A stretch of DNA of 64,000 nt from Candidatus Woesearchaeota archaeon (GCA_964495875.1 CAZBWB010000001.1:315122-379121); one strand, 5' to 3'; counted from the first letter of the stretch, positions 1 to 9,555 are shown. Notes: a model not told the origin generated them from the letters alone. Made by a program: numbers and translations.

Positions 1-22
1 TTGACCGCTAGACTACGGGGCT
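1..22 (-). tRNA. 5' fragment of a tRNA running off the left edge (identity undeterminable)
   Basis: The reverse complement of 1-22 reads AGCCCCG-TA-GTCT-AGCGGTCAA. This gives a 7-nt acceptor strand, U8, A9, the D-stem start, A14 and the D-loop GG in canonical register. It is a GC-rich island in AT-rich DNA. The anticodon lies outside the window. Confidence 0.45.
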
Positions 23-42
23 ACAAAAAATTTAATCAATAA

Positions 43-831
43 TTATTTAAAAACCCTCTCATAATAGACTTCTCGATTGAGCTCGTGTCTTTTTGGTTTT
101 TGCTTAAAAAAATCCTTGAATCTTTTTTTCCTGTATTTCTCGCCAATTAATGTTGCTGCAAGTTTCTTATATTCGATACTTGCATCTGATTTTGGCTTAT
201 AGCTCGTAGAAGGTGTAAAATTAGACAAAGCCCTCAAAACATTGATATCATGAGGAATAACTGCCATCACAGGAATTTCTGCCATGTTTTCAATGTCCTC
301 AATATTCATTTCAAAATTTTTATTATGAACCTTATTAAGAACCAGCCCGATAATTGGTATTCCTCTTTGTTTTGCTATCTTTATCGCTTTAATGCTCATT
401 CTCAGAGTGGGATAATCAGGGGTTGTGACAACGAGAAGTCCGTCAGAAGCCAGTATCACGCCAAAAGCCTCTTCATTCAAGGAAGGTGGGGAATCAATAA
501 GAACCATATCATATTTCATCTTCAGCAACCTGATTCTGTTTCTGAGTTTAAGAGGATTTACAGGCATTCCTGTAATAGAAGCAGGAATTACATCAAAATT
601 TTCAAGTTTATAAATAGCCTTGGCAGCATTTGCTTTTCTCATAAGAACATGATGTATCGTTACTTCTGGGTCAATAATATTCAAATGCAAACCAAGATTT
701 GGAGCAGAAAAATTTCCGTCGATTAATAAAACTCTCCGTCCAAAACAAGACAGAGCATCTCCCAGAGCAGACACGACAGATGTCTTTCCAACACCTCCTT
801 TCAAACTCAAAACTCCTATCGTTATCCCCAT
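43..831 (-). CDS. MinD/ParA-family P-loop ATPase
   Basis: Deviant Walker A motif SLKGGVGKTS at the N-terminus, LLIDGN and LIDSPP motifs, and a basic C-terminal tail. Length (262 aa) is typical of archaeal MinD-like proteins. Confidence 0.8.
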   Translation of the reverse strand: MGITIGVLSLKGGVGKTSVVSALGDALSCFGRRVLLIDGNFSAPNLGLHLNIIDPEVTIHHVLMRKANAAKAIYKLENFDVIPASITGMPVNPLKLRNRIRLLKMKYDMVLIDSPPSLNEEAFGVILASDGLLVVTTPDYPTLRMSIKAIKIAKQRGIPIIGLVLNKVHNKNFEMNIEDIENMAEIPVMAVIPHDINVLRALSNFTPSTSYKPKSDASIEYKKLAATLIGEKYRKKRFKDFFKQKPKRHELNREVYYERVFK

Positions 832-909
832 TCATAAAAAAAACAAATATTATTTAAATAGTTTTACCAGCACAGGAAGGTTTAAAAGAATAAATTGCGA
901 TTTACTAAA

Positions 910-1251
910 ATGAATGTAAAAAAACAAGTCAAAAACAAGGAAAAATCAAAAAAATTAACTCAAAAAGAATTTGAGGAAAAAGTTTTGGAATTAGCCAAGA
1001 AAGGACTTATGAGTGAAAAGATTGGAGAAGAGTTAAGAAGACAGGGTATTCATCCAAAAAACTACAAAAAGAAAATATCTCAAATTCTGGAAGATAAATA
1101 TACTATTCCTGATATAAAAAACATTGAAACAAAATTAGGGAAAATAAGAAAGCATTTTGAAAAAAACAAAAAAGACAAAAGAGCAATGAGGGAAAGAGAG
1201 AGAATTGCTGCACAACTCAGAAGGGCTAAAAAATATTTCAAAAAATTATAA
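910..1251 (+). CDS. rps15: 30S ribosomal protein uS15 (S15P/S13e)
   Basis: Basic protein with GLMSEKIGEELRRQGIHP ... KIRKHFEKNKKDKRAMRERERIAAQLRRAKKYF, matching the conserved S15/S13e helices. The ORF-track start at 895 is TTG, so I prefer the ATG at 910. Confidence 0.8.
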   Translation: MNVKKQVKNKEKSKKLTQKEFEEKVLELAKKGLMSEKIGEELRRQGIHPKNYKKKISQILEDKYTIPDIKNIETKLGKIRKHFEKNKKDKRAMRERERIAAQLRRAKKYFKKL

Positions 1252-1262
1252 GTTCTTTTAAA

Positions 1263-2603
1263 ATGGAAAAAGAGGTTGAACCAAATAATTTAGAATCTGA
1301 AATTAAAAAAATTGCTGAAAAGTTTATTGAAAAAAGCAATGAAAAAGAAATATATGTTGTAAGTCATTTTGACACAGACGGCATTACCTCTGCTACAATA
1401 ATAATCCAGACATTAAAGAAACTTGATAAAAAATTTGCTGTCAAGATAATTAAAAGGCTTGATAAAAAATTTATAGACAAACTGCCAAGAGATAAACTAA
1501 TATTATTTTTGGATTTGGCTTCAGGAAGCCTGCATCATCTTGAAAAATCCGGATTAGAAGATGTTTTTGTAATAGACCACCATGAAATAATTCACGAAAT
1601 CCCAAAAAATGTCCATATGATAAATCCAGAATTAAGCGGAAAACAAAAAATGAGCAGTTCTTGTCTCAGTTATCTTTTTTGCAAAGAAATAATTCAGGAA
1701 AGTAAAGAACTGGCAAAACTAGCCATTTTAGGAATGATTGGAGACTGCATGGAGGATGAAATAAACAAAATCAACAAAGAAATATTGAATGACGGGGAAA
1801 TCAGAAGAAAAAGAGGGCTTCTCATTTATCCTTCAACAAGACCCCTAAATAGAACTCTGGAATACAGTTCAAATCCTTACATCCCCGGAGTTACAGGAAA
1901 TCCAGAAGGAGTTTTGGAATTATTAAGAGAAACAGGATTAAATTCAGGAAAAGAATCCAAAAGTTTAATAGAATTAAACGAAGAAGAAATGTCCAAGCTT
2001 GTAACTTCAATAATGCTCAGAAATCCAAGAGCCAGAGACAGAAAGATAGTCGGAGATATTTTTCTTATAAAATTTTTCAACAAATTAGAAGATGCGAGAG
2101 AATTAAGTGCTATCATCAATGCCTGTTCAAGATTAGAAAAAACTGATACTGCAATACAATTTTGCATGGAAAGTTTAAAGGCAAAAAAAGAAGCAGAAGC
2201 AATTCATGCAAGATACAAACAATTCATAATTTCTGGATTAAAATTTGCTTTGGAAACAGAAAAAATAGAGGGGCAAAATTTTGTAATAATAAATGCAGGA
2301 GACAATATAAGAGACACAATGATTGGAACAATTGCAAGTATCCTTTCAAAGTCCTCTATATATGAAGAAGGAACCATAGTAACAACCATGGCATATTATG
2401 ATGATAAAATAAAAGTCTCGTCCAGAAGTGTTGGAAAAAATACAAGAAACATACGGGAAATTTTAACAAAAACCATAGAGAAAACAGGCGGAGAAGTCGG
2501 AGGGCATAAATCTGCAGCAGGCTGCATGATTTCACAGGAAAAAGAACAGGAATTTATTGATTTATTAAAAAAGAATCTTGAAATTGAATTAGTTAAGGTT
2601 TAA
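1263..2603 (+). CDS. RecJ-like DHH/DHHA1 phosphoesterase (GAN/Cdc45-type)
   Basis: DHH motifs VVSHFDTDGITSA and VFVIDHHE, a GMIGD motif, and the C-terminal DHHA1 motif GGHKSAAG. Adjacency to uS15 is, to my recollection, a conserved archaeal arrangement for RecJ/Cdc45 homologues. Confidence 0.75.
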   Translation: MEKEVEPNNLESEIKKIAEKFIEKSNEKEIYVVSHFDTDGITSATIIIQTLKKLDKKFAVKIIKRLDKKFIDKLPRDKLILFLDLASGSLHHLEKSGLEDVFVIDHHEIIHEIPKNVHMINPELSGKQKMSSSCLSYLFCKEIIQESKELAKLAILGMIGDCMEDEINKINKEILNDGEIRRKRGLLIYPSTRPLNRTLEYSSNPYIPGVTGNPEGVLELLRETGLNSGKESKSLIELNEEEMSKLVTSIMLRNPRARDRKIVGDIFLIKFFNKLEDARELSAIINACSRLEKTDTAIQFCMESLKAKKEAEAIHARYKQFIISGLKFALETEKIEGQNFVIINAGDNIRDTMIGTIASILSKSSIYEEGTIVTTMAYYDDKIKVSSRSVGKNTRNIREILTKTIEKTGGEVGGHKSAAGCMISQEKEQEFIDLLKKNLEIELVKV

Positions 2604-2655
2604 TCTATCTCTAAATTATCACAACCTTTAAAACTCCAAATTTTCTTCTTAAAAC

Positions 2656-3375
2656 ATGACAAATTTAGAACCCGGAGATATAGTTATATGCACAGTTGAA
2701 AGAATAGTTGGAACTGTCGTATTTGTCAAAATACCTATGTTGGAAAAAGAAATTGAGGGAAGTATAATAATTAGTGAAATTGCTCCAGGAAGAATTCGTA
2801 ATTTGCGAGATTATGTAGTCCCGAAAAAGAAAATTGTTTGTAAAGTGTTAAGAATATCTCCAAAAGGAAATATTGAATTATCTTTAAGAAGAGTAACACA
2901 AAAAGAGAAAAAAGAAAAGATAGAAGAAGAAAGGCAGGAAAAGAGTTACATAAGCATATTAAAAAGTGTCCTGGGAGAAAAGGCAGAAAAGATAATAAAT
3001 AAAATAATAAAAGAGGAAAGTATCTATGATTTCTTTCAGGAAACCAAAGATAATTCAAAAAAACTGGAAAAATTAATCGGACAAAAAGATTCCAAAAGAA
3101 TATTAGAAATATTAAAAAGTCAAAAGCAAAAAAAGATTTCTATAAAAAAAGAAATATTCTTATCAACAACAAAGCCCGATGGTTTAGAACTGATAAAAGA
3201 TATTCTCACAAAAATTAAAGATGCAGAAATAAAATATATTTCAGCAGGCAGATATTCAATAAAAAAAGAATCCACAGACCCAAAAGAAACAGACCACAAG
3301 TTAAGAGAAATTCTTTTGAATGTAAATAAAATCTCTAAAGAAAAAGGGGCAAATTTTGAAATCAGAGAGAAGTAA
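2656..3375 (+). CDS. eif2a: Translation initiation factor aIF2 alpha subunit
   Basis: N-terminal S1/OB fold (GDIVICTVERIVGTVVFVKI ... EGSIIISEIAPGRIRNLRDYV ... KIVCKVLRISPKGNIELSLRRV) followed by a helical and a C-terminal alpha/beta region. This is the typical e/aIF2-alpha layout. Confidence 0.75.
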   Translation: MTNLEPGDIVICTVERIVGTVVFVKIPMLEKEIEGSIIISEIAPGRIRNLRDYVVPKKKIVCKVLRISPKGNIELSLRRVTQKEKKEKIEEERQEKSYISILKSVLGEKAEKIINKIIKEESIYDFFQETKDNSKKLEKLIGQKDSKRILEILKSQKQKKISIKKEIFLSTTKPDGLELIKDILTKIKDAEIKYISAGRYSIKKESTDPKETDHKLREILLNVNKISKEKGANFEIREK

Positions 3376-3442
3376 ATATTTTTCCTTTTACTATAATAAA
3401 GTAGAGCAAAAAGTTTAAAAACAAAGTTTATGATACAAAATT

Positions 3443-3862
3443 ATGATGAAAAAAGAACTGAAGGAAAAATTCGTTCCGATTTTGGTTGGAATAATCTTTG
3501 ACCCAAGTAAAAGAAAAATTCTGATTGGAAGAAGAGAAAATGACCCATTTGTTTCTGGATTAACTTGGTGTTTTCCTGGAAGAGAAGCAAGTTATAAAGA
3601 AGAATTAGAAGAGACATTAGAAAAAGAGATAAAAATTCAAACAGGGCTTAGAGTTAAAAGCCTTGGTGCAGTATATGCAAGAATATTCAAAGAAAAAAGA
3701 GACTTCTTAGTCATATACTACTTATGTGAGATAATCAATGGGGAAGAGAAAGCAGGAGGTTCAATTAAGGAACTAAAATGGGTTAAACCAGAAGAACTTG
3801 AAAAATATTTTACAACTTCTTTTCACCCCACATTAAAAGAATATATCCTAAATTTAAAATAA
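3443..3862 (+). CDS. NUDIX-family hydrolase (probable)
   Basis: 139 aa with an approximate Nudix box PGREASYKEELEETLEKEIKIQTGL (G-x5-E-x7-..E.E..G). The 3' end overlaps the convergent EndoQ-like gene by 9 nt. Confidence 0.5.
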   Translation: MMKKELKEKFVPILVGIIFDPSKRKILIGRRENDPFVSGLTWCFPGREASYKEELEETLEKEIKIQTGLRVKSLGAVYARIFKEKRDFLVIYYLCEIINGEEKAGGSIKELKWVKPEELEKYFTTSFHPTLKEYILNLK

Positions 3863-6166
3863 AGTTGATTGTTTTTCTTCTAATAAGGCTTCACCATAAA
3901 CTCCGTCATAACCTGGCTTAATCCTTATTCTCTTTTCCCTGTTTTTGATGATTAATTCAACAATTTTTTCATTTACTCCCTGCCTAATCAATTCTTCTCT
4001 TGAAACATTTAGTAAAATATTAAATTCATTTCCAAATAAATCAATGAGAGAGTTATAAACCTCCCATACTTTACCGCTTTGCATACTGCTTCCTATTACT
4101 AAAGAAATTAATTCATGTAATGGCAAAAGCTTGAAAAAAGGTTTGGCATTTTCTGACTTAAATCCTTTTGGATTTGTTGCTAATTGTTCTACTCTGTTAT
4201 CAACACCAATAGTGAGTGGTTTTTTGCAAACAGGGCAAATTCCATTAAGCTCTTTGCTTTTAGCAGGAGAACAAGAAAAATCGCAAATCCTATGTCCGTC
4301 CCAGTGATATTTGCCATAAGCAGGGTCTGTCTCAATTGTAGATATAAAAGTCTTGTTTCTTATCTGTTCTATGATCTCTGCATAAGAGTCTGTTTTCTTA
4401 AATATAGTTGCTTCTCTGCCAATTCTAAAAGGCCAGAAACTATGTGCATCAGAAAAACTAACAATTGCTTTACTTCCAAGTTCAGAAATTCTCCAGTTCA
4501 TCTCAGGGTCAGAGTTCCCGCACCAAACAGGAATTCCATTTCTCCGAACATAAATAACTCTATTAGGAACTGAAACACAATAAACAAAACCATCATAATT
4601 TTCCCAGCGTTCAATATATTTTTTCTTCAATGTGGAAGGCATAACAGTATGGATATTTTTTCTGATAAAATGAATACTCCAAGAATCTTCAGATTGTTTA
4701 TAACTTTTCATTTTAGCTTTAGGCAAAGAAGTAATCTGGGTTCCTTTTTTATTATGTAATTTATAATAAGCAGAAATTCCAATCTTTAAAGCAACTTCTT
4801 GCAAATCATCTCTCAAATGCTTGGAAATTGTCGTGGCAGATAATCCTTTTTTGTTTCTTCCGTATATATGCCCATCGCCTTTAATATAATAATCAAAAAA
4901 AATCTCCAAAAGTTCCTTAGACAAAAATTTTATTTCTTGAGGAATAAATTTTTTACTTGACTTCCCAAATTTATTCAAATAAGAAAACAATTGATAATCT
5001 CTTATTCTTATGGTTTTTAATCCTCGATTAATATAAACATAAGGTTGATAACCAAAACTAACAAGAATTTCTTTCATTTCTTTCATTAAATAGTTGTCTG
5101 AATTTGCGAGATAAACTCCATAATCACCATTTTTTCCCTCTGTAGTCCATCCCTCTGCTAACCAAAACCCAAAAAATTTTAACCACTTACCTATCTCAAA
5201 TTTTTTCTCTTTTTTATTCCTATCCCCAAAATGATACTTATTTCCATGCTTAATTTTAACAGAAGGTAAAATAAAAGATTTTTTATCTTCTCCAATCCAA
5301 ATTCCATCTTTCTTAAATCTTTTAGACTTTCCAATAATTTCTTCAGCTTTTTTCAAGATAAAAGAAGGAGTTTTTCTAAAATCACAATGACTAACTAAAA
5401 GATTATGATTGGGAGTTGCAAATAAATCAACCCTTTTAGTCTTCAGCCTGTACATCTTACCTTTGTAATCATATTTAAATAACTTAATTGGTTTTTGAAA
5501 CTCTATAAAGTCTTTATCAACATTCAGGGTGCAAATTTTGTCATATATCTCTACATCTGAAACTCTTTTCCATCCATTATTGGTTAGAACTTCTGTTTCT
5601 GAATCATAACAAGACATGCCGGTTTCAATTGCATGAATATTATCAAACTGCTCCTTAAAACATTCTCTTAAACTGTCAAATCCTGACATACTGCCAAATA
5701 AGCCAAACCAAGGTGTCCATATGTGTGCAGGAATAATCTCTATTTGTGAAGAAATGTTCATCATATCCTTAACAAACTCATCACCAGGAATCTTAAAAAT
5801 CGGTCTGCCATCATAATCTCTCCTCCCTTTAGTATCAAGATAAGAATTAATTTTCTCTGCAATCTCAATATTTGGAACTAGAATGACTAAATGAATTCTC
5901 CTTCCTTTATCTTGGGTGTAAAATAAAGAAATCTCGCCTGAAATTATAAATGGAAAATCCTGGAAATAATAAAACCCATTTTTCTCCACAAGTTTTTCTT
6001 TAATCTCGTTAAACCAAATGGGATGAGTAAAATCTCCTGTGCCGAGAAGATTAAGTCCTTTTATTTTTGCCCATTTAACAAGACTTTCAAGATCAATTTT
6101 GCTGCTGCATGCTCTTGAAAATCTGGAATGTATATGTAAGTCAGCAATCAGCCAGTTCTCTTCCAT
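3854..6166 (-). CDS. EndoQ-like PHP-domain endonuclease interrupted by an intein
   Basis: N-terminal PHP motif ADLHIHSRFSRA ... LLGTGDFTHP, and C-terminal Zn-finger-like H/C cluster YHWDGHRICDFSC ... CPVCKK. The host protein is 404 aa after removing residues 186-551, close to the characterised ~420-aa Pyrococcus EndoQ as I recall it. Confidence 0.7.
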   Translation of the reverse strand: MEENWLIADLHIHSRFSRACSSKIDLESLVKWAKIKGLNLLGTGDFTHPIWFNEIKEKLVEKNGFYYFQDFPFIISGEISLFYTQDKGRRIHLVILVPNIEIAEKINSYLDTKGRRDYDGRPIFKIPGDEFVKDMMNISSQIEIIPAHIWTPWFGLFGSMSGFDSLRECFKEQFDNIHAIETGMSCYDSETEVLTNNGWKRVSDVEIYDKICTLNVDKDFIEFQKPIKLFKYDYKGKMYRLKTKRVDLFATPNHNLLVSHCDFRKTPSFILKKAEEIIGKSKRFKKDGIWIGEDKKSFILPSVKIKHGNKYHFGDRNKKEKKFEIGKWLKFFGFWLAEGWTTEGKNGDYGVYLANSDNYLMKEMKEILVSFGYQPYVYINRGLKTIRIRDYQLFSYLNKFGKSSKKFIPQEIKFLSKELLEIFFDYYIKGDGHIYGRNKKGLSATTISKHLRDDLQEVALKIGISAYYKLHNKKGTQITSLPKAKMKSYKQSEDSWSIHFIRKNIHTVMPSTLKKKYIERWENYDGFVYCVSVPNRVIYVRRNGIPVWCGNSDPEMNWRISELGSKAIVSFSDAHSFWPFRIGREATIFKKTDSYAEIIEQIRNKTFISTIETDPAYGKYHWDGHRICDFSCSPAKSKELNGICPVCKKPLTIGVDNRVEQLATNPKGFKSENAKPFFKLLPLHELISLVIGSSMQSGKVWEVYNSLIDLFGNEFNILLNVSREELIRQGVNEKIVELIIKNREKRIRIKPGYDGVYGEALLEEKQSTLF
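4514..5611 (-). mobile_element. Intein (366 aa) with LAGLIDADG homing-endonuclease domain inside the EndoQ-like gene
   Basis: - Block A: CYDSETEVLTNNGW, starting at Cys186 (codon 5611-5609, verified on the DNA).
- Block B: TPNHNLLV.
- LAGLIDADG motifs: FFGFWLAEGWTT and FFDYYIKGDGHI.
- Block F: FVYCVSVPN.
- Block G: NGIPVWCGN, followed by the +1 Ser of SDPEMNW.
- The extein junction reads AIETGMS | SDPEMNW. Confidence 0.8.
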
Positions 6167-6226
6167 CAGATAAGAACACTAAAAACAATTAAAAAGATTT
6201 TGCTATTTTGCTACTAATAAAAATAA

Positions 6227-7930
6227 TTATTTCTTTCTCTTCTTAGCTGCAAATCCACCGCCAACAATCACTGCTACTAAGATAACACCAATTGTAATCC
6301 ATAGCCACAAAAGATTTCCTGCTGCAGCTTCTTCCTCTTCTTCATAACCTTTCTCTGCAATAGCAAAATAACTGAAACTTGTTAACTGAACATCATAATA
6401 GTAATAACTGTCATCTTCTTCTTTATATACTGTTGACAATTCATCCCACTTTCCTGCAGATTCATCAAATCTATACAGAGCAATATTAGCTTTGTCTATA
6501 TTATTATCCAATAACCAATCCTTCTGCACTTTAATTGTAAGTGTAGCTTTATCTAATTTATCTCCTAGATTTTCTGATTCAATTTGTAAATACTTATGAA
6601 CATTTCCTGCCTTTGAAACAGTAATTTCCTCTGGCTGAGTATCAAATTTCTTAACTGTAATTTTCACATTACTTGCTGCTTCTTTAACTGTAACTTTTAT
6701 CTCTTTTACTCCCATATCTTCTTGGAAATTAGATAGCACTACTTCTTCACCAGGAGTTGCAGCCGCTATTACATTTTTCTTTTCAACTGTTGTAGAAGGT
6801 CCTTCTACACCAGGACTACTACTATCACTACATGAAAGTGTAGAAAAACTAGTTGAATCTGAGTTCGAACTATGACCTACTTGATCATAACAAGTAACAA
6901 TATATGAATAAGATGTGCCACAATTTAATCCAGTATGGGTTAAGGTCTGAGTTCCTGTTCCTCTTCCAGTAATAGCAATATTAGAACCTCCAACAGTACA
7001 CTGATCAATCCCACTTCCATTTCCTGCCGCAGCATCAATAGCAGTAATTGTAATCACATTTTGAGTCTTTGTACTTCCCGTTCCACGAGTTAAAACAACT
7101 GAAGATGGAGCAGTATCGTCAATTGTTATTTGAATATATTCACTATTATTAAGATGAACTGCATTTGAAAGAGTATCATTCATGCTATCATTAGCATAAA
7201 CAGTGATATTATATTTTCCATCAGGATAATCTGTGACATTAATAGTAGTATTGTAAAAAACACCAATACTAGTCTTGTTTCGTGCTCTTGTCCAATTATC
7301 TTTTGGTGCTCGCCCACCACTTGAATTAGTAACATTAATATAAACAAAAGTAAAATTAACACCATAAACAACATCATATGCGCTCACATTTATGTTAATA
7401 TTTCCAGCATTCGCAGAAGTATAATTTCCATTATTAACTACAGAAGAAGTAGTGCTTGTAAAATTAACTGCTGGAGGAATGCTATCAAAAGTTACATTTT
7501 TAACAGATGTCCAATTTTGAGAACTTCCATTATTTGCAATACAACTAACATTATATAGTCTTCCAGATAAGCTACTAATATCTATTATACGAGTAAAATT
7601 TGTTCCATTTCCCCCAGCACTACCATTCCACATAACAGGCGTTAAATTACCAAAATTAGCTGTATTAGTCATATTAAGGTTCTCGATTGGTCCTCCACTT
7701 GCATTATAGAAACACGTTACATTAAAACTCGTTGCTGTAGAATTAAGTGCTGTTGTAAGATTTAAAACTATAGTTCCAGAATAATTTCCTCCATCTATTA
7801 AACTATCATTAAACTGAATAGGAGCACTAGTAGGTATTGCAGTAATAAACCAAGCACCCAAAACAATAACTAAGATTGTCCCAAAAAATATATTCATCAA
7901 AGTCTTTGCATCAAATTTTTTATTCACCAT
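6227..7930 (-). CDS. Surface (S-layer-like) glycoprotein with PGF-pre-PGF-like C-terminal module and TM anchor
   Basis: N-terminal signal/anchor, dozens of N-x-S/T sequons, and Ig-like repeats. The C-terminal module is VHKYLQIESENL ... WDELSTVYKEEDDSYYYYDVQLTSFSYFAIAEK, followed by a hydrophobic helix and KKRKK. This module is homologous to the C-terminus of the 3169-aa protein. Confidence 0.6.
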   Translation of the reverse strand: MVNKKFDAKTLMNIFFGTILVIVLGAWFITAIPTSAPIQFNDSLIDGGNYSGTIVLNLTTALNSTATSFNVTCFYNASGGPIENLNMTNTANFGNLTPVMWNGSAGGNGTNFTRIIDISSLSGRLYNVSCIANNGSSQNWTSVKNVTFDSIPPAVNFTSTTSSVVNNGNYTSANAGNININVSAYDVVYGVNFTFVYINVTNSSGGRAPKDNWTRARNKTSIGVFYNTTINVTDYPDGKYNITVYANDSMNDTLSNAVHLNNSEYIQITIDDTAPSSVVLTRGTGSTKTQNVITITAIDAAAGNGSGIDQCTVGGSNIAITGRGTGTQTLTHTGLNCGTSYSYIVTCYDQVGHSSNSDSTSFSTLSCSDSSSPGVEGPSTTVEKKNVIAAATPGEEVVLSNFQEDMGVKEIKVTVKEAASNVKITVKKFDTQPEEITVSKAGNVHKYLQIESENLGDKLDKATLTIKVQKDWLLDNNIDKANIALYRFDESAGKWDELSTVYKEEDDSYYYYDVQLTSFSYFAIAEKGYEEEEEAAAGNLLWLWITIGVILVAVIVGGGFAAKKRKK

Positions 7931-8100
7931 CTTTTTATGTACTCAAACTATATATGATAAATATAAAAATTTATCATTTATAAATCTTTTTCTTTTACCT
8001 CCAGTTTTCCAACTTAAACTTTTTTTGGAAAAAAAGATGATTTTGTATCGATAAAAATTAAAATGCTAATCTTTTTAAATTAAGAATAAATAAAAAAATA

Positions 8101-8580
8101 ATGGAAGAGCAAACTTTAGTTTTAATTAAACCTGATGGATTAATAAAAAGTTTAACAGGAAATATTATTACAACACTTTCAGAGACAAAACTTAAAATAG
8201 TCGGAGCAAAAGTCATCAATGTCTCCAGAGAACTCGCAGAAAAACATTATTCTAACTTAAAAGAAAAAATGATTGCAAAACACGGTGAAAAAAAGGGTTT
8301 GCAAATTTTTGAAAATACCCTTGAATATATTCAGGGGAAATTTCACACAAGCAGAGTCTTGGCATTAGTATATCAAGGAGAAGGTGCAGTAAAAAAAGTC
8401 AGGGAACTTGCAGGAGAAACAAATCCAGAAAAAGCTTCTCCGATTTCAATTCGTGGAAAATACGGAAGAATCCATTCTGAAACACAGGTTCTTGAAAATG
8501 TTATTCATTGTTCTGAAAATCCTGAAGAAGCAAAAAAAGAAATTGCATTATGGTTCAAACCAGAAGAACTTGTTGAATGA
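8101..8580 (+). CDS. ndk: Nucleoside diphosphate kinase
   Basis: TLVLIKPDG at the N-terminus, SIRGKYG, and the active-site region NVIHCSENPEEAKKEIALWF. Its stop codon abuts the stop of convergent radA. Confidence 0.9.
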   Translation: MEEQTLVLIKPDGLIKSLTGNIITTLSETKLKIVGAKVINVSRELAEKHYSNLKEKMIAKHGEKKGLQIFENTLEYIQGKFHTSRVLALVYQGEGAVKKVRELAGETNPEKASPISIRGKYGRIHSETQVLENVIHCSENPEEAKKEIALWFKPEELVE

Positions 8581-9555
8581 TTATTCATCAATAACTCCGG
8601 CATCGCTTAGGAAAAAAATTGTTTCGTTGTCAGGCAAGTCAGGACTATCCACTAATTTTGCAACCCTAGAATCTTTTTTTCCTCTTCGTAAATAAACTCT
8701 GTAAGTTGAAGCATGTCCGACGATGTGCCCGCCGATTGCTGTCGTTGGATCACCAAACAATTGTGCAGGATTTGCCATTACCTGGTTTGTTACATAAACA
8801 GCAAGATTGTGTTGCTCAGCGAGTTTCATTAAATTATGCATATACTTGTTTAATTTCTGCTGCCTGTCTGCCAGTTGTCCTCTACCCGCAAACTCTGCCC
8901 TAAAATGAGCAGTCAAAGAATCAACGATTAACAGTTTAATTGGCTCGCCTGATTTAATCATTTCAGAAATTTTATCCAAAAGCAAAATCTGATGGTCAGA
9001 ATTAAAAGCTCTTGCAACAAAAATATTTTTCAAAACTTTATCGGGATTTGCTCCGAGATGTTCTGTAATTTGCTTTATCCTCATTGGTCTGAAAGTTCCT
9101 TCTGTATCGATAAAGACACATTTCCCATTAACGCCCCCCTGCTCTAAAGGTAATTGAACATTAACTGCAAGGGTAAGTCCTAATTGAGTTTTTCCAGAAC
9201 CATAAGCACCAAATGCTTCAGTGACTGACCTGCTCTGAATTCCTCTTCCTCCTAAAAGTTCATTAAAATTTTTGCTGCCAGTTGTAATGTAAGAAATATT
9301 CTCGCGACGTGCAGCATACTCCACCCCGTCTGTAAAACCTAAATCAAGCATATTACGGGCAGCCTGAATAGCCTTTCTTGCAACAGCGACACTAACACCT
9401 GCAGTATCTCCGAGTTCTGTTGGTCCCATAACAGCCAGACTCATTAAATCATAAATCCCCGCACCCTCGAGTTTAGCAGCAACAGCAGGACCTATGCCTG
9501 GCAGATCTGTTAATTTAGGCTCATCAGGAATGTTCTCGTCAGACTTCTTAGCCAT
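8581..9555 (-). CDS. radA: DNA repair and recombination protein RadA
   Basis: N-terminal HhH (LPGIGPAVAAKLEGAGI), Walker A FGAYGSGKTQL and Walker B LLIVDSL. There is full-length similarity to the RadA/Rad51 core. Confidence 0.95.
   Translation of the reverse strand: MAKKSDENIPDEPKLTDLPGIGPAVAAKLEGAGIYDLMSLAVMGPTELGDTAGVSVAVARKAIQAARNMLDLGFTDGVEYAARRENISYITTGSKNFNELLGGRGIQSRSVTEAFGAYGSGKTQLGLTLAVNVQLPLEQGGVNGKCVFIDTEGTFRPMRIKQITEHLGANPDKVLKNIFVARAFNSDHQILLLDKISEMIKSGEPIKLLIVDSLTAHFRAEFAGRGQLADRQQKLNKYMHNLMKLAEQHNLAVYVTNQVMANPAQLFGDPTTAIGGHIVGHASTYRVYLRRGKKDSRVAKLVDSPDLPDNETIFFLSDAGVIDE

Noticed and set aside
250-726. Antisense and shadow ORFs from the six-frame track. Examples are 250-726, 425-613, 4184-4573, 10243-10560, 15367-15801, 21877-22278, 30431-30847, 49691-50236 and 49825-50184.
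   Set aside because: Each lies entirely inside a longer ORF on the opposite strand or in another frame that has clear family motifs. Their translations are low-complexity (F/I/L/S-rich), as expected from reading AT-rich coding DNA in the wrong frame.
7954-7977. Perfect 9-bp inverted repeat ATGATAAAT-N6-ATTTATCAT in the divergent promoter region between the surface glycoprotein gene and ndk.
   Set aside because: It is composed almost entirely of A/T in an AT-rich intergenic region. A chance palindrome or a plain TATA-box overlap is as likely as an operator. I kept it only as a note.
8575-8586. Zero-spacer convergent stops of ndk and radA as a possible bidirectional terminator or antisense regulation site.
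   Set aside because: There is no hairpin or oligo-T feature specific to the junction. Tight convergent packing occurs repeatedly in this window (3854/3862, 16742/16745, 40204/40223) and seems to be plain genome compaction.
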